A stretch of 64,000 bases of DNA from a virus (lineage: Duplodnaviria; Caudoviricetes), in IMG/VR virus record IMGVR_UViG_2775506814_000001, positions 3,716 through 67,715 of that record; one strand, 5' to 3'. The notes beneath the pieces were generated by a model. It saw only the letters and a list, made by a program, of their open reading frames with translations. It did not search any database and had not been told where the DNA came from. This document shows positions 27,180 through 36,962 of this stretch, piece after piece (position 1 is the first letter of the stretch; each line of letters begins with the position of its first letter). The translations under genes and the position numbers were made by a program.

Positions 27180-27492
27180 TGGACCTGATCTCCTTGATAG
27201 TCCTACGGGCGTCTTCGGTTGCCGCGGCAACCTCTTTCAGCTTCTCGGCCAACTCCGCCTGCAGCTTGTTGCTGATGTCCGCCTGGTCGAGCAGGCGCTC
27301 AACGTTGCGCGCGTTCTGCGCATTGGTGGCGATAAGGGACCGATTCTGTTCGGTAAGCCTCGCGCTCTCGGCTTCGGCGGCGATCGAGTTGCCCCGGTAG
27401 TAGAGCGTTGTCGCGAGCAGGCTCAGGAACAGGAGCGCGACGCCGCCGAGCACATAGGGGTTGCCGAGGATCCTGTTCAACACGATGTCCAC
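27097..27492 (-). CDS. i-spanin (Rz-like)
   Basis: N-terminal TM plus coiled coil, in the lysis cassette. Confidence 0.8.
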   Translation of the reverse strand: MDIVLNRILGNPYVLGGVALLFLSLLATTLYYRGNSIAAEAESARLTEQNRSLIATNAQNARNVERLLDQADISNKLQAELAEKLKEVAAATEDARRTIKEIRSNDPKADEYLGTDIPDSLLSVVNRPARH

Positions 27493-27791
27493 ACCCCGTC
27501 CTTGAGCCAGCCATGCCAGTGCTCGACGGTGCCACCCTTGCCGTCCGGGACCGAGAGCATGACGGATGGGTCGACCGTCGGTCGCTGGTAGGAACCGTTC
27601 CAGCGCCAGGCGCCTTCCCCGGCAACCTTGACGCCGCCGATCGCTTCACAGCCGCACGGGCAGCGGAAGTTGAAGCCGGCAGGGTCGTGATCCTTCGACA
27701 CGTAGAACTTGATTGCGCCGGCAGGCGCGTAATCGTGAAATAACTTGTCGACGAGTTGCGCCCTTATGGGGTGCGTCCTGACCGCACTCAT
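27477..27791 (-). CDS. DUF6527-like Zn-binding protein
   Basis: FRCPCGC...W.WNG....PT..PS...WHGWL.DG.W. Confidence 0.8.
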   Translation of the reverse strand: MSAVRTHPIRAQLVDKLFHDYAPAGAIKFYVSKDHDPAGFNFRCPCGCEAIGGVKVAGEGAWRWNGSYQRPTVDPSVMLSVPDGKGGTVEHWHGWLKDGVWTSC

Positions 27792-28426
27792 CCCTTGAGC
27801 CCCGACACGCAGAGTTCGGCCTCGCCGAGGCGATATTTGTCACCCATCTCGCGCCGGTTCACGAGACCGTCGAGGCGGACACCACCTGCCGAGTTGATGT
27901 TGGTCTGCGCCTCACAGGCCCCACGCCAGTCGCGATTGCGGATCGCGCGTGACATGGACCAGCCGCACCATCCACGCTTTCTCGCCTGGGAGCCGACACC
28001 GAAATTGTAGGCGCCGCTCGTCATCGAGGCTTGCACGCTGTCCGGGGCTTCCTTGAGGGGAGGGGCGCAGGCGACGATCGGCTCATAGTAGTCGTTCTGC
28101 AGTTGAACCATCAGCTCGGCCTGGCACTGCTCGACGGTGAGCGTCATTCCCGGACGGACGGGCTTCCCGTTGATACGGGTTGCCCCATAGCATATGTCCC
28201 AGACCTTGCCGTAGCGATCCCAGTGGGCCGTCAGCACAAGGCCCTCCCAGTTCTTGACGATCAGCTCGGCGGCCATGACGACAGGAACATCGACCTTCTG
28301 GCCGTTGATCTCGACGGTTTTGTCCCGGCTATCGTAGAAGCCGTAGGAGCCTGCTGCGAGCGCGACCATGAACGCGGCAATGGCGTTGCGAGCGCGAACG
28401 GTGGCGACGATCTTATGGATTGGCAT
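27788..28426 (-). CDS. Endolysin, GH24 lysozyme with SAR-like N-terminus
   Basis: EG...HWD...VWDICYGAT, AYNFG, GLVNRR. Confidence 0.9.
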   Translation of the reverse strand: MPIHKIVATVRARNAIAAFMVALAAGSYGFYDSRDKTVEINGQKVDVPVVMAAELIVKNWEGLVLTAHWDRYGKVWDICYGATRINGKPVRPGMTLTVEQCQAELMVQLQNDYYEPIVACAPPLKEAPDSVQASMTSGAYNFGVGSQARKRGWCGWSMSRAIRNRDWRGACEAQTNINSAGGVRLDGLVNRREMGDKYRLGEAELCVSGLKG

Positions 28427-28637
28427 CGGCCTTGCGCTCCTGTTTGATGAGGCGCCCGAGAGCCGCGGCAGAGCAGATGACGCCGACCGGCCACCAGTAT
28501 TCGCCGTAGGGGGTAAAACCCCACATCATGCCGCTCGCAACCGCACTGGCTGCGTTGATCCAGAACGAGAAGGATCGCGTGACGACGAACTTCCAGTCGT
28601 CGACGATGCGAGCCCTGATCCAGCCAACAAACCTCAT
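28413..28637 (-). CDS. Holin
   Basis: DDWK....SFSFW, two TM segments, RLIKQ; immediately upstream of the endolysin. Confidence 0.75.
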   Translation of the reverse strand: MRFVGWIRARIVDDWKFVVTRSFSFWINAASAVASGMMWGFTPYGEYWWPVGVICSAAALGRLIKQERKADANP

Positions 28638-28664
28638 CGGTTGATTCCTCAAGAATTGGTTGAA

Positions 28665-28934
28665 TTACTGGACGATTGGCTCGATCCGGTCCTCGCCGAT
28701 CCAGCTTTCGGACGTCATGCCGAGGGTGTCGGTGTATTCGACCAGATATTTCGGCTCGTTCGGTCCGTTGGCGTAGCCGGTCAGTCGGCCATCGGTGACC
28801 CCCATGGACGGCACCGCATACACGTCCGGTCCATTGATCGGATACTTCAGTTCGAAGGTGCGCACCGGCCTGACCAGTGTATCCACCGCCTCGATGGTTC
28901 TGTCGTATTCCGGGATTTCGTCGTCATCGGCCAT
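28665..28934 (-). CDS. Hypothetical protein
   Basis: ORF in the late operon. Confidence 0.65.
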   Translation of the reverse strand: MADDDEIPEYDRTIEAVDTLVRPVRTFELKYPINGPDVYAVPSMGVTDGRLTGYANGPNEPKYLVEYTDTLGMTSESWIGEDRIEPIVQ

Positions 28935-29367
28935 TGCCGGTCCCTCTCATTTTTCCACTCGCGCGGCGCTTCTGGCGCTTTGTCAGCGGGACAATCGGCT
29001 TCATGGCTCGCCGCGGTTGAGGTTGTGTCTGCGCAGGTCTGATGACTGTGTGCACGATCTCGGCCTCGCGCCGAACATAGTGCAGCAACTCGAAATCGTT
29101 TTCAGCGAGCCACAAGCCATTCCACTTGCCGTATTTATCGGTCCACCAGACCGAATAATGCGGGTATGCGGCGCGACCGGGAGCATTCATCCACTCCCGG
29201 TCGCGGATCTCGCCGTCATCGATTTCATACGGCCCGCACCGGACATGATCACCCGGCTCGAACCTATGAGGAATCCTGATCTTCTCGAAGACCTGGTTCC
29301 CTTTGAAATCCCGGCCGATCTCGATGTCTTTCGGCAAGGTGGTGAGAAAGCTCGTTCGCATCGGCAA
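28924..29367 (-). CDS. Hypothetical protein
   Basis: ORF in the late operon. Confidence 0.65.
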   Translation of the reverse strand: MPMRTSFLTTLPKDIEIGRDFKGNQVFEKIRIPHRFEPGDHVRCGPYEIDDGEIRDREWMNAPGRAAYPHYSVWWTDKYGKWNGLWLAENDFELLHYVRREAEIVHTVIRPAQTQPQPRRAMKPIVPLTKRQKRRASGKMRGTGNGR

Positions 29368-29371
29368 GCCC

Positions 29372-31486
29372 TTACGTCACGGTGTAGGGGCCGAGAGCCA
29401 ACTCGGTGCTGTTGGCGGTTCCGTCGTAGCTGGTGGCAACGAGCCATGCATAGGTCGAGCCTGCCGCAAGCCCCGTGACGGTCCGGCTGTCCGCCGCATT
29501 GAAGGTGCCTGTCTCGGTCGCCCGAAGCGTTGCCGTTCCGAAGTCGTTGACGGTGTTGGTGTAGATCTTGGTGCCGCCGTAGTGCGCGTCGTTCGGCGCT
29601 GTCCACGAGAAAGCGATCTGGCCGACACCCGGCGTTCCGCTTGCACCAGTGACCTGGCCGATGGTCTTCGGCGAGGCGTAGGCAAATTCGGGACGCCAGT
29701 CGGTCATGACGGCGTGGTTGGATGCGGTGGCGTCTGTATTGGTGACGCGATACCACCCCTTGAGATAGCGGCCATTGGCGTCGACGGTCATCACCGAGTT
29801 GTGGACGAACTCGCCACGGGCATACTGGCCCGACGTTGGCATCGCCGACGCGAACCTCGGGATCCTGATGATTGACTTGATCCGGAAGACGTGCCCGCCG
29901 AAGTCGTCGCGGGCGATGATCATGCACTCGCCCTTGTGAAGAACGAGAAGCGTCTGCGATGTCGAGCCGTTGGCATCGAGCGGCATCGCGATATTGCCGC
30001 CCGTCGTGAAAGACACGTCGCCGTCATAGGCGCGGATACATAGGTCGACGTTCCAGGTGTGCCAGCTCTCGATATAGGAGATCGGGGTCGTGCTGGTGAC
30101 GACAGCAAGCCAGGTGTTGCCGTCTATCGACAGCGTTCCGGGATTGGCTCCTGTCCCCTTCTGCCGCGTCAGGTTGGACGTCTTGCCCTGCATATCGCTG
30201 ATGACGCGGATCGTATGCTGACCCGTCAGGCACTGGTTGGACGCCACACCCTTGATCAGCGTCCCGAGTTCGCCAGCGACCGTCATGCCATTGATATGCA
30301 GCGTGCAACCGGTATCGAGGTTGATCGCCCAGTCCTTGGCACCATTGGTGCAGAGCGCGTCCGCGATCGTGTTGCCGCGTGATGCGTTGCGATAGTCGTA
30401 GCTGATATCGACGTTTTCGGTCCAGGCGCCGATGTGGATCGTCCCTGACCGGTAAATCAGGAATGCGCGCTTCCCGTTCTGCGCCGCCGTGCCGGGCAAG
30501 AAATGCACGTCACCAGGCGTGAGGGCGCTAGCTATCTCCGTCGGGTTTGCTCCGGACCAGTCATGGTAGCAGAAGTTGGCCTCGTCGTTGACGAGTTCGG
30601 GACGAATTTGGACGTTGGTGCCGAAGCGGGTGCCGTTGGTGCCGTCGAACTGGCAATTGGTAAACCGCGTCTGGCCGAACTGACCGGTCAGCACCAGCGA
30701 ACTGGACAGATTGTTTTCCGTGTCGTCGCCGATCCGGAAGATGTGGATATGGCTGAACTCGTTGAACTGGTGCGGCGTGAGATAATCGGAGCCGGCTCGC
30801 AGCCAGAGACCGCAGCGGAACCCATAGAACTGGATATCGCGCAGGGCCGAGTACCAGAGGCCACCGTTGTTGTCCGGTGCGCCCTGTGGCACCGCTTTGA
30901 GCATACCGCCGAACTGCGGACCGTTCGCCAAATTGGCGTCGAAGGCAAAACCCTGAAAATCGACATTGATGACCGGTCCGGTGTCCATCGTCAGGACAGG
31001 CCCAGTCTCACCCGTGATCTGCATGAACCGGGTGCCCGTCGATCTCGACGACGAGACGCCCTCGGCACACATCTTCGTGTAAATCTTGACGTTGCTGACG
31101 CGGTAGAGCTTCTGATCGTACTTGATCTTGTAGCCATACTGCTTCGAGGCCTGATGAGCCCGGTCGCACATCAGTGTGTCGTCACCGGCCGGGTCCGAGG
31201 CGTAGCGATAGTTTTCGACGTGCCGCTCAAGCCTGTTTGCATAATAGGCGCCGGCAATGCCATTCGCATCGACACCCATCGCAAGGGACGGAACAATGAC
31301 GCCCGAAGCAATGGATGTTGCCGCGAACGCCTGTATCGCTGCCTTCAGGAATTTGTCGAGCGCAGATGGACCGGCCGTTCCCGCCGAATCCTGAGCCAAA
31401 ACATCGACCGGCGTATCGATTGCAGCCGCATCAAACGCATTCTCGACAGCCCGGCTCTTTCCACGGAATCGGATGACCTGGTTCAA
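29372..31486 (-). CDS. Beta-helix tailspike/depolymerase-like protein with C-terminal FnIII-like domain
   Basis: D..GDDT pectate-lyase-3-like start, Asn/Gly/Thr-rich repeats, C-terminal FSWTAP...VTGLAAGSTY. Confidence 0.7.
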   Translation of the reverse strand: MNQVIRFRGKSRAVENAFDAAAIDTPVDVLAQDSAGTAGPSALDKFLKAAIQAFAATSIASGVIVPSLAMGVDANGIAGAYYANRLERHVENYRYASDPAGDDTLMCDRAHQASKQYGYKIKYDQKLYRVSNVKIYTKMCAEGVSSSRSTGTRFMQITGETGPVLTMDTGPVINVDFQGFAFDANLANGPQFGGMLKAVPQGAPDNNGGLWYSALRDIQFYGFRCGLWLRAGSDYLTPHQFNEFSHIHIFRIGDDTENNLSSSLVLTGQFGQTRFTNCQFDGTNGTRFGTNVQIRPELVNDEANFCYHDWSGANPTEIASALTPGDVHFLPGTAAQNGKRAFLIYRSGTIHIGAWTENVDISYDYRNASRGNTIADALCTNGAKDWAINLDTGCTLHINGMTVAGELGTLIKGVASNQCLTGQHTIRVISDMQGKTSNLTRQKGTGANPGTLSIDGNTWLAVVTSTTPISYIESWHTWNVDLCIRAYDGDVSFTTGGNIAMPLDANGSTSQTLLVLHKGECMIIARDDFGGHVFRIKSIIRIPRFASAMPTSGQYARGEFVHNSVMTVDANGRYLKGWYRVTNTDATASNHAVMTDWRPEFAYASPKTIGQVTGASGTPGVGQIAFSWTAPNDAHYGGTKIYTNTVNDFGTATLRATETGTFNAADSRTVTGLAAGSTYAWLVATSYDGTANSTELALGPYTVT

Positions 31487-31514
31487 TGCTGCCCCCTGTC
31501 GTCAGGATATGCGG

Positions 31515-31772
31515 TTAGCGGATCGCCCGAACGGCGCTGGCCTGGTTTCCGACCGGCATGAGATAGACCTTGTTGTCGAGATCGGTGAACTCGGCAGCCG
31601 GTTTCAGGGTGCTCATGGTGATGTACTTGTCGGTGTCGGCGGCTGGCTGTGATGCGGCAATCGCAAGCCTGACGCTGCCCTGCTGCGCCAGCTCGATATA
31701 GACGCTCGGTCCATCACTGATGTGCGTGTACTCGCCTGCAGGCAGTTCGATATAGTCCGTCTCAACAGCCAT
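31515..31772 (-). CDS. Small beta-rich putative virion protein
   Basis: ORF preceding the depolymerase gene. Confidence 0.6.
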   Translation of the reverse strand: MAVETDYIELPAGEYTHISDGPSVYIELAQQGSVRLAIAASQPAADTDKYITMSTLKPAAEFTDLDNKVYLMPVGNQASAVRAIR

Positions 31773-31913
31773 CGCGCTCACCGGATAACAATGATTTGTT
31801 GATTGATGAACTCTGGTGTCGAGAAAATCAAGCAAAAGCTGAATAAACAGTTGATAGTCAACTTTTTATTGACTACGCTGACCCGATCTTCATTCAGCCG
31901 AGGCCTGACGAAA

Positions 31914-32417
31914 ATGACGCAGATCGCATTGCCTGCAGTTAAAATGCCGCGCGGAGAGATGGCACTGATGCTGGAGGACATTCACCGGGTCGAGCCGGTG
32001 CACTGCTACTTCGAGCAGGAGCACCCACCATATCGTATCGATAACAGCATCCCGCCTTGGACCCCGAAACCCTATCAGACCAGCTACATGACATTACTCC
32101 GGGAATACCAGCGCTATTGGGATGTTCTCTCCCGTAAGATGGGAGCCGCATGGAGCCGGCCTTTCAGAACTGGCAAGTCGGAAGCGGCCTTCCGCTTCTA
32201 CCGGGAGTCGGACGTGCTTCTGATGAACAGTGTTGAGAAAAAGCAGCTGGAGCGTCGCCTGCACACACTGCGCGGTGAGCTTCAGATTCTGCGGCATCGA
32301 AGACGCATCGCGGAATCCGAAATCGCCGAGGTAATGGACAGCATTGCTGTTGTTCGGCGCGCGATCCACGCTGTCGAGTTGCGGGAACGCGGAGCCTCCC
32401 AACTCGACAATCCGTGA
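31914..32417 (+). CDS. Hypothetical protein
   Basis: First gene of the rightward block, after an operator cluster. Confidence 0.65.
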   Translation: MTQIALPAVKMPRGEMALMLEDIHRVEPVHCYFEQEHPPYRIDNSIPPWTPKPYQTSYMTLLREYQRYWDVLSRKMGAAWSRPFRTGKSEAAFRFYRESDVLLMNSVEKKQLERRLHTLRGELQILRHRRRIAESEIAEVMDSIAVVRRAIHAVELRERGASQLDNP

Positions 32418-32456
32418 TGACCGGCTATGATGCGGCCTTGCATTCGAGGACGCATC

Positions 32457-32636
32457 ATGACCGAGCAGCAGTTTCGCTTTGCCGTTGTCGGCCTTCTGGC
32501 CGTCATCGTTGTCGGCGTCGGCGCCTTCGCGTGGCGCGTCCACTCGGACGATCGCGCGATTGCCAGAGTCGCAAATGACGCCGCAGTCCTCGCCGAGCAT
32601 TGCCGCATCATGCGGGCTACCGGCCGCGACTGCTAA
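32457..32636 (+). CDS. Small single-TM protein
   Basis: SD GAGG; FAVVGLLAVIVVGVGAFAW. Confidence 0.6.
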   Translation: MTEQQFRFAVVGLLAVIVVGVGAFAWRVHSDDRAIARVANDAAVLAEHCRIMRATGRDC

Positions 32637-32721
32637 ATCAAGATTGCCTTAATCCCTTTTTTGTTGACCACGTTCAGATAATCAACTAAATGTTGACTAA
32701 CTGATTTGGAGGGACGCGGTC

Positions 32722-32847
32722 ATGTCCAGCGGCATTAAAGCGCATAGCGACACGCTCGGTAGTGTCGTCGTCTGGGGTATCCGCCTTGCGGTGATTGCCG
32801 GCTGCGCGGTCTTCTGGATCGTGTCTGGCTGTATGGTGTTCGGATGA
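32722..32847 (+). CDS. Small TM protein (41 aa, not in the track)
   Basis: SD GGAGG; MSSGIKAHSDTLGSVVVWGIRLAVIAGCAVFWIVSGCMVFG*; ATGA overlap with the next gene. Confidence 0.55.
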   Translation: MSSGIKAHSDTLGSVVVWGIRLAVIAGCAVFWIVSGCMVFG

Positions 32848-33098
32848 CCGTTCGCATTCAGGGACTGCAGATCGGCGAGCCGAAAAGTGGTTTGGCCATC
32901 ACTGTTTCTGTCGTCGTCTGGTCTTTCCTGATCGGCATCTTTTTCGGAGCCGGGGCATTCCTCGGCGTTGATCTCGCAAGGGATGCCAAGGCGCGAATTC
33001 AGCAGTCCGCCCCTGCTTATTATCGATCGTGGCGCGGCGAGATCGGGAGTGACTGGCAACCGCGCTTGCGCGCCTTCCGTTATTCAACCAAATCTTGA
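32844..33098 (+). CDS. Small single-TM protein
   Basis: LAITVSVVVWSFLIGIFFGAGAFL. Confidence 0.6.
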   Translation: MTVRIQGLQIGEPKSGLAITVSVVVWSFLIGIFFGAGAFLGVDLARDAKARIQQSAPAYYRSWRGEIGSDWQPRLRAFRYSTKS

Positions 33099-33116
33099 AT
33101 TCACAGGAGAAGCCCG

Positions 33117-33962
33117 ATGGCGAAGCAGGGCGGCATCAAGGATGTCGCGGTCGGACGGTCTGATTTCTATCAGATGGACCCGGCAGATCTTCATATCAAG
33201 GACGGCTGGAACTGCCGTAACCTTGACACAGTGGAGGCCAGGGCGTCGCTCGACTCCCTTGCACTCTCGATTGCCGAGGTCGGCGTCAAGCAGGCGCTGA
33301 CCGTCTGTTGGGAGGACGGCAAGGCGTTCGTCACGGACGGTCATCGCCGGTTGTTGGCGACTCGGCTTGCGATGGAGCGGGGCGCCGAAATCCGCTCCAT
33401 CCCGGTGCAGACCGAAGGACGTTTCTCGTCAGAAGCCGACCGCGTTTTCTCGATGGTGGTGCGCAACAGCGGCGAGCCGCTTCTGCCGATCGAGATGGCT
33501 CGCGTCTTCAAGCGTCTGATCGACTTTGGCTGGACCGAGAGCGAGATTGCCAGCAAGGCGGGGCTCAACCGCCAATATGTCGTCTCGTTGCTCCAGCTTC
33601 AGGCCGCGCCGTCCCAGGTGACCGACCTCGTCGACAAGGGCGAGGTTGCCGCGACACTGGCCGTTTCCGTGATGAAGGCCAACAAGGGCGACATGACCGC
33701 CACGGCCGAGACGCTGAACAAGGCGGTCGAGACGGCTAAGGCTGCCGGCAAGGCCCGAGCCACGGCCAAGCACGTCGAGACGACTGACCGCAAGCCGAAG
33801 GGGCCGGGCAAGGTAGCCACGTTCCTGCTCGCCAACTCGTCGGTCGATACCGGTGACGACGAGAGCGCCGTCTATCTGCGCATGGACATCGCTCGGTATC
33901 GCGAGTTCTGCGCCATGCTCGATATCGATGAGCGTCTGCCCTCGGACGGCGACGAGATGTAA
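33117..33962 (+). CDS. ParB-like domain protein
   Basis: SIAEVGVKQAL, VTDGHRRL, HTH GWTESEIASKAG. Confidence 0.88.
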   Translation: MAKQGGIKDVAVGRSDFYQMDPADLHIKDGWNCRNLDTVEARASLDSLALSIAEVGVKQALTVCWEDGKAFVTDGHRRLLATRLAMERGAEIRSIPVQTEGRFSSEADRVFSMVVRNSGEPLLPIEMARVFKRLIDFGWTESEIASKAGLNRQYVVSLLQLQAAPSQVTDLVDKGEVAATLAVSVMKANKGDMTATAETLNKAVETAKAAGKARATAKHVETTDRKPKGPGKVATFLLANSSVDTGDDESAVYLRMDIARYREFCAMLDIDERLPSDGDEM

Positions 33963-33991
33963 CGGGTTCAAATTCAACAAAAAGGTGAACT

Positions 33992-34279
33992 ATGGCACCG
34001 AAAGTTGGTCATAACAGCCAGGCCGGTGGCGTCGCTGCCGGGCAACTCAAGGCGTTCGTGGAACGCATCGAGCGCCTGGAAGAGGAAAAGAAGGTGATCG
34101 CCGACGATATTAAGGAGGTCTACGCCGAAGCTAAGGGCAACGGCTTCGACACCAAGATCCTCAAGAAGGCGGTCGCTCTCAGAAAGAAGGACCCGGCCGA
34201 ACGGGAGGAAGAGGAGACTATCCTCCAACTCTATCTGCAGGCGCTCGGCATGCTCCCCCAGGAAGAGGACGATATCTGA
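33992..34279 (+). CDS. gapR: GapR-like nucleoid protein (DUF2312/UPF0335)
   Basis: [36 protein letters not shown]. Confidence 0.92.
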   Translation: MAPKVGHNSQAGGVAAGQLKAFVERIERLEEEKKVIADDIKEVYAEAKGNGFDTKILKKAVALRKKDPAEREEEETILQLYLQALGMLPQEEDDI

Positions 34280-34509
34280 TGACCATCCGAATGACAAAGC
34301 CGCAGACCGCGCTGCTCGGAGAGTTGAACCGGAACGGTGACAAGGGCGTGATCAAGTCCACGTCGGACGGCTCCGCCTGCGCCCTGGTGGAAAGCGGGCA
34401 CGCCATCTGGCAGCAGAAATACAGCGGCAACCGGACCGGCCTCTTGGTGATCACGCCCATCGGTAGGGGCCACGCCATGGCGTGGCGGGCCGCGCGCTGT
34501 GACCTTTGA
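34279..34509 (+). CDS. Hypothetical protein (wHTH-like)
   Basis: MTKPQ..LL...ITPIGR. Confidence 0.6.
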   Translation: MTIRMTKPQTALLGELNRNGDKGVIKSTSDGSACALVESGHAIWQQKYSGNRTGLLVITPIGRGHAMAWRAARCDL

Positions 34510-34729
34510 GCAGGCCCTTGCCGATGTCGAGAGCAGGGGCTTGCTCGTCCACTACCTGGTCTTCGGCGATGACAACCACTGGCGCTGCACGCTCCGCAAG
34601 CGGGGAGGTGACTGGGTGCTCAGGAGAGCAGGCGGGCAGACCGGTTATGTTCTGCGCGGGCAGGGCAGGACGCCGACGCAGGCGATCACGAACGCCCTGA
34701 AAAAGGATCACTCGGACGTGCTCGGATGA
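34499..34729 (+). CDS. Hypothetical protein ending in DHSDVLG
   Basis: Coupled ORF. Confidence 0.7.
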   Translation: MTFEQALADVESRGLLVHYLVFGDDNHWRCTLRKRGGDWVLRRAGGQTGYVLRGQGRTPTQAITNALKKDHSDVLG

Positions 34730-34971
34730 ACGAACTCGAAACCCTCCTGCGCCGCGAGGCGCGTGCCGGCAACATCAGTCACCTGAGCATCGCGTTCAGG
34801 GGAGGCCAGTTCGAGGCCGTTTACCGCGGAACGGACGATCCCGTTTACGCCATCGGTCGCGCTCCCGATATCTGCGACGCCATCACGAAGGCCCTTCGGG
34901 ATGGCCGGAAGTTGTCACAACCGAAACCCAAAAAGGCGGCACGTGGCCGCTATTCAGATGTGTTGGGGTGA
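34726..34971 (+). CDS. Hypothetical protein ending in RYSDVLG
   Basis: ATGA-coupled ORF. Confidence 0.75.
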   Translation: MNELETLLRREARAGNISHLSIAFRGGQFEAVYRGTDDPVYAIGRAPDICDAITKALRDGRKLSQPKPKKAARGRYSDVLG

Positions 34972-34974
34972 GCC

Positions 34975-35274
34975 ATGGGAATGTTTCAGCAAGTTGAGGG
35001 TGAGTGTGCCACCATCGTTCGCAAGGGGCGCTATAAGCAGGTGCCCGTCTATACGCGCGATGGCTATATCTTCGCCAAGGAAGGGGGATGTTTCATCAGG
35101 CTCTATGCGGACGGGTCGACCAGTGACCCGAACTATCGCTTGGACAATCTACCGTGGGAAGGGCCGTTAGCGCGGAACAAGTTCGGTAAACTTGTCGACC
35201 CGCGCGTGGTCAAGGACAGCCTGTCATTGCCGGATGAAAACAAGACACTCCTGCTGTTTGGCCCATCCGAATGA
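34975..35274 (+). CDS. Conserved phage protein
   Basis: GRYKQVPVY.RDGYIFAK.GG.FIRL..DGSTS.P. Confidence 0.75.
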   Translation: MGMFQQVEGECATIVRKGRYKQVPVYTRDGYIFAKEGGCFIRLYADGSTSDPNYRLDNLPWEGPLARNKFGKLVDPRVVKDSLSLPDENKTLLLFGPSE

Positions 35275-35696
35275 CCCGGTTCTTCGCTCACCCGGAAAGC
35301 GACTGTCTGTTCGCCCTGCGCGACGGCGAAGACCCGCCAACAGACGGGCTTGTCGAAGAAGTCACGCCGGCAGACTTCTTCGAACTCGCATGCCGTGGCG
35401 ACGCCGACCGCGCTGTCTCAACTCTACTCAATGCCATGTTGCAGTCAGGCCGTTTTGATGGGCTCACCTTTTGGCGTTGGAAAAGCGGCAAGGCGACGAT
35501 TTCGCTGCGGCGGGAAGGTACGTCGAACGCCTTCAACTGCAGCCAGAGATTACACCCCAATGATCCCCCATCTCTGCAGCTCTATGCCTTCCTGCGTGAG
35601 ACATTTCGGCACGAGTTCATCCGGAACGAAGTCGTCGCGCCACACCCCAAGTCAGCCCCCGCCGCCCGCAAATCGAGGTTCGAAGACACTATCTGA
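35271..35696 (+). CDS. Hypothetical protein
   Basis: HPESDC motif; coupled ORF. Confidence 0.7.
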   Translation: MTRFFAHPESDCLFALRDGEDPPTDGLVEEVTPADFFELACRGDADRAVSTLLNAMLQSGRFDGLTFWRWKSGKATISLRREGTSNAFNCSQRLHPNDPPSLQLYAFLRETFRHEFIRNEVVAPHPKSAPAARKSRFEDTI

Positions 35697-36958
35697 TGAT
35701 CACGCTCCATGAAGGCGACAGCCGTAAAATCCTTTGCCAGATGATCGACCGCGGCGAGCGCGTTCATTCGGTCGTCTGCGACCCACCTTATGGTCTGACC
35801 AGCATCGAGAAGCGTTTCGGGAAGGACGGCGCCGCGCCGGCCCGCAGCGAGAAGAACGACGGCAGTTTCGGCCGTATATCGAAAGGCTTCCTCGGAATGA
35901 AGTGGGACGGCACTGGAATCGAACGCGACCCCGAGTTCTGGCGCCTCGTCTTTGAGGTTCTGTTGCCGGGCGGCTATGTCTTCGCCTTCTCGGGCGCCCG
36001 CACCGGCCACTGGCAGGCCTGCGCCATGGAGATGGCCGGATTTATCATGCATCCGATGCACGCGTGGGTCTATTTCCAAGGGTTCCCGAAGGCGCACGCG
36101 GCCGACAAGGCGATCGACAAGCATCTCGGCAAGAAAGGGTCCGTCGTTCCGAGCGGCAACCCGGTCAAGCGGATGATCCCTGGCGCCGACCAGGTCGCTA
36201 CCGGGTCATGGGAGAAGAACAACGGGCGGACCTACCAGCCGGGCATTTACGAGCCCGCGACGGACGAGGCGGTCGAGTGGTCGGGCTATGCCTACGGGAC
36301 ACAGGCCCAGAAGCCTGCCCTTGAACCCATCTTCCTCGGCCAGAAGCCATTCGATACCAAGAACGGGGCAGCCAACCTCCTCAGGCACGGCGTGGGCGCT
36401 GTAAACATCGACGGGTGTCGTGTGCCCGGTGGACGCTACCCGTCAAACCTTCTTCTCGATGGGTCGCCTGAAGTCGTTGCTATGTTCCCGCGCGAAGCGG
36501 GGGCCTCGGCACCGGTTAAGGGAACTGAGCCGTCATCGGTGACCAAAGACATTTATGGAAAATTCAATGGGCGCGTTCCGGGCACCTTCTTCAATGACAG
36601 CGGCTCGGCCGCGCGCTTCTTCCATCATTTCCCGCTCGATACGGACCCGCTTATCTGCAACCCGAAGGCCGGCAAGAAGGATCGGGCCGGAACGGACCAT
36701 CCGACCGTCAAGCCGATCAAGCTGCTGCGCTATCTGATCCGCCACATCACGCCGCCAGGCGGGACGGTGCTCGACATGTTTGCCGGCAGCGGCACGACAG
36801 GCCAGGCCGCGATCGAGGAAGGGGTACGCGCCGTGCTGATCGAAATGGACCCCGGCTACAGCGCCTTCATCCGTCGGCGCTTCGGCTTGGCGTCGAGAAG
36901 ACGTGACTACAGCGACGTGCTCGGCCCGGCTTCGCGCTACGCCGATGTGCTCGGGTGA
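35696..36958 (+). CDS. N6-adenine/N4-cytosine DNA methyltransferase (beta class)
   Basis: DPPY, HPTVKP, VLDMFAGSGTTG. Confidence 0.92.
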   Translation: MITLHEGDSRKILCQMIDRGERVHSVVCDPPYGLTSIEKRFGKDGAAPARSEKNDGSFGRISKGFLGMKWDGTGIERDPEFWRLVFEVLLPGGYVFAFSGARTGHWQACAMEMAGFIMHPMHAWVYFQGFPKAHAADKAIDKHLGKKGSVVPSGNPVKRMIPGADQVATGSWEKNNGRTYQPGIYEPATDEAVEWSGYAYGTQAQKPALEPIFLGQKPFDTKNGAANLLRHGVGAVNIDGCRVPGGRYPSNLLLDGSPEVVAMFPREAGASAPVKGTEPSSVTKDIYGKFNGRVPGTFFNDSGSAARFFHHFPLDTDPLICNPKAGKKDRAGTDHPTVKPIKLLRYLIRHITPPGGTVLDMFAGSGTTGQAAIEEGVRAVLIEMDPGYSAFIRRRFGLASRRRDYSDVLGPASRYADVLG

Positions 36959-36962
36959 TGCC

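Noticed and set aside
34706-36958. DVLG* endings as mere translational-coupling signals (GGATGA/GGGTGA)
   Set aside because: This cannot explain the YSDVL residues, the internal duplicate, or the N-terminal copies in portal and TerS.
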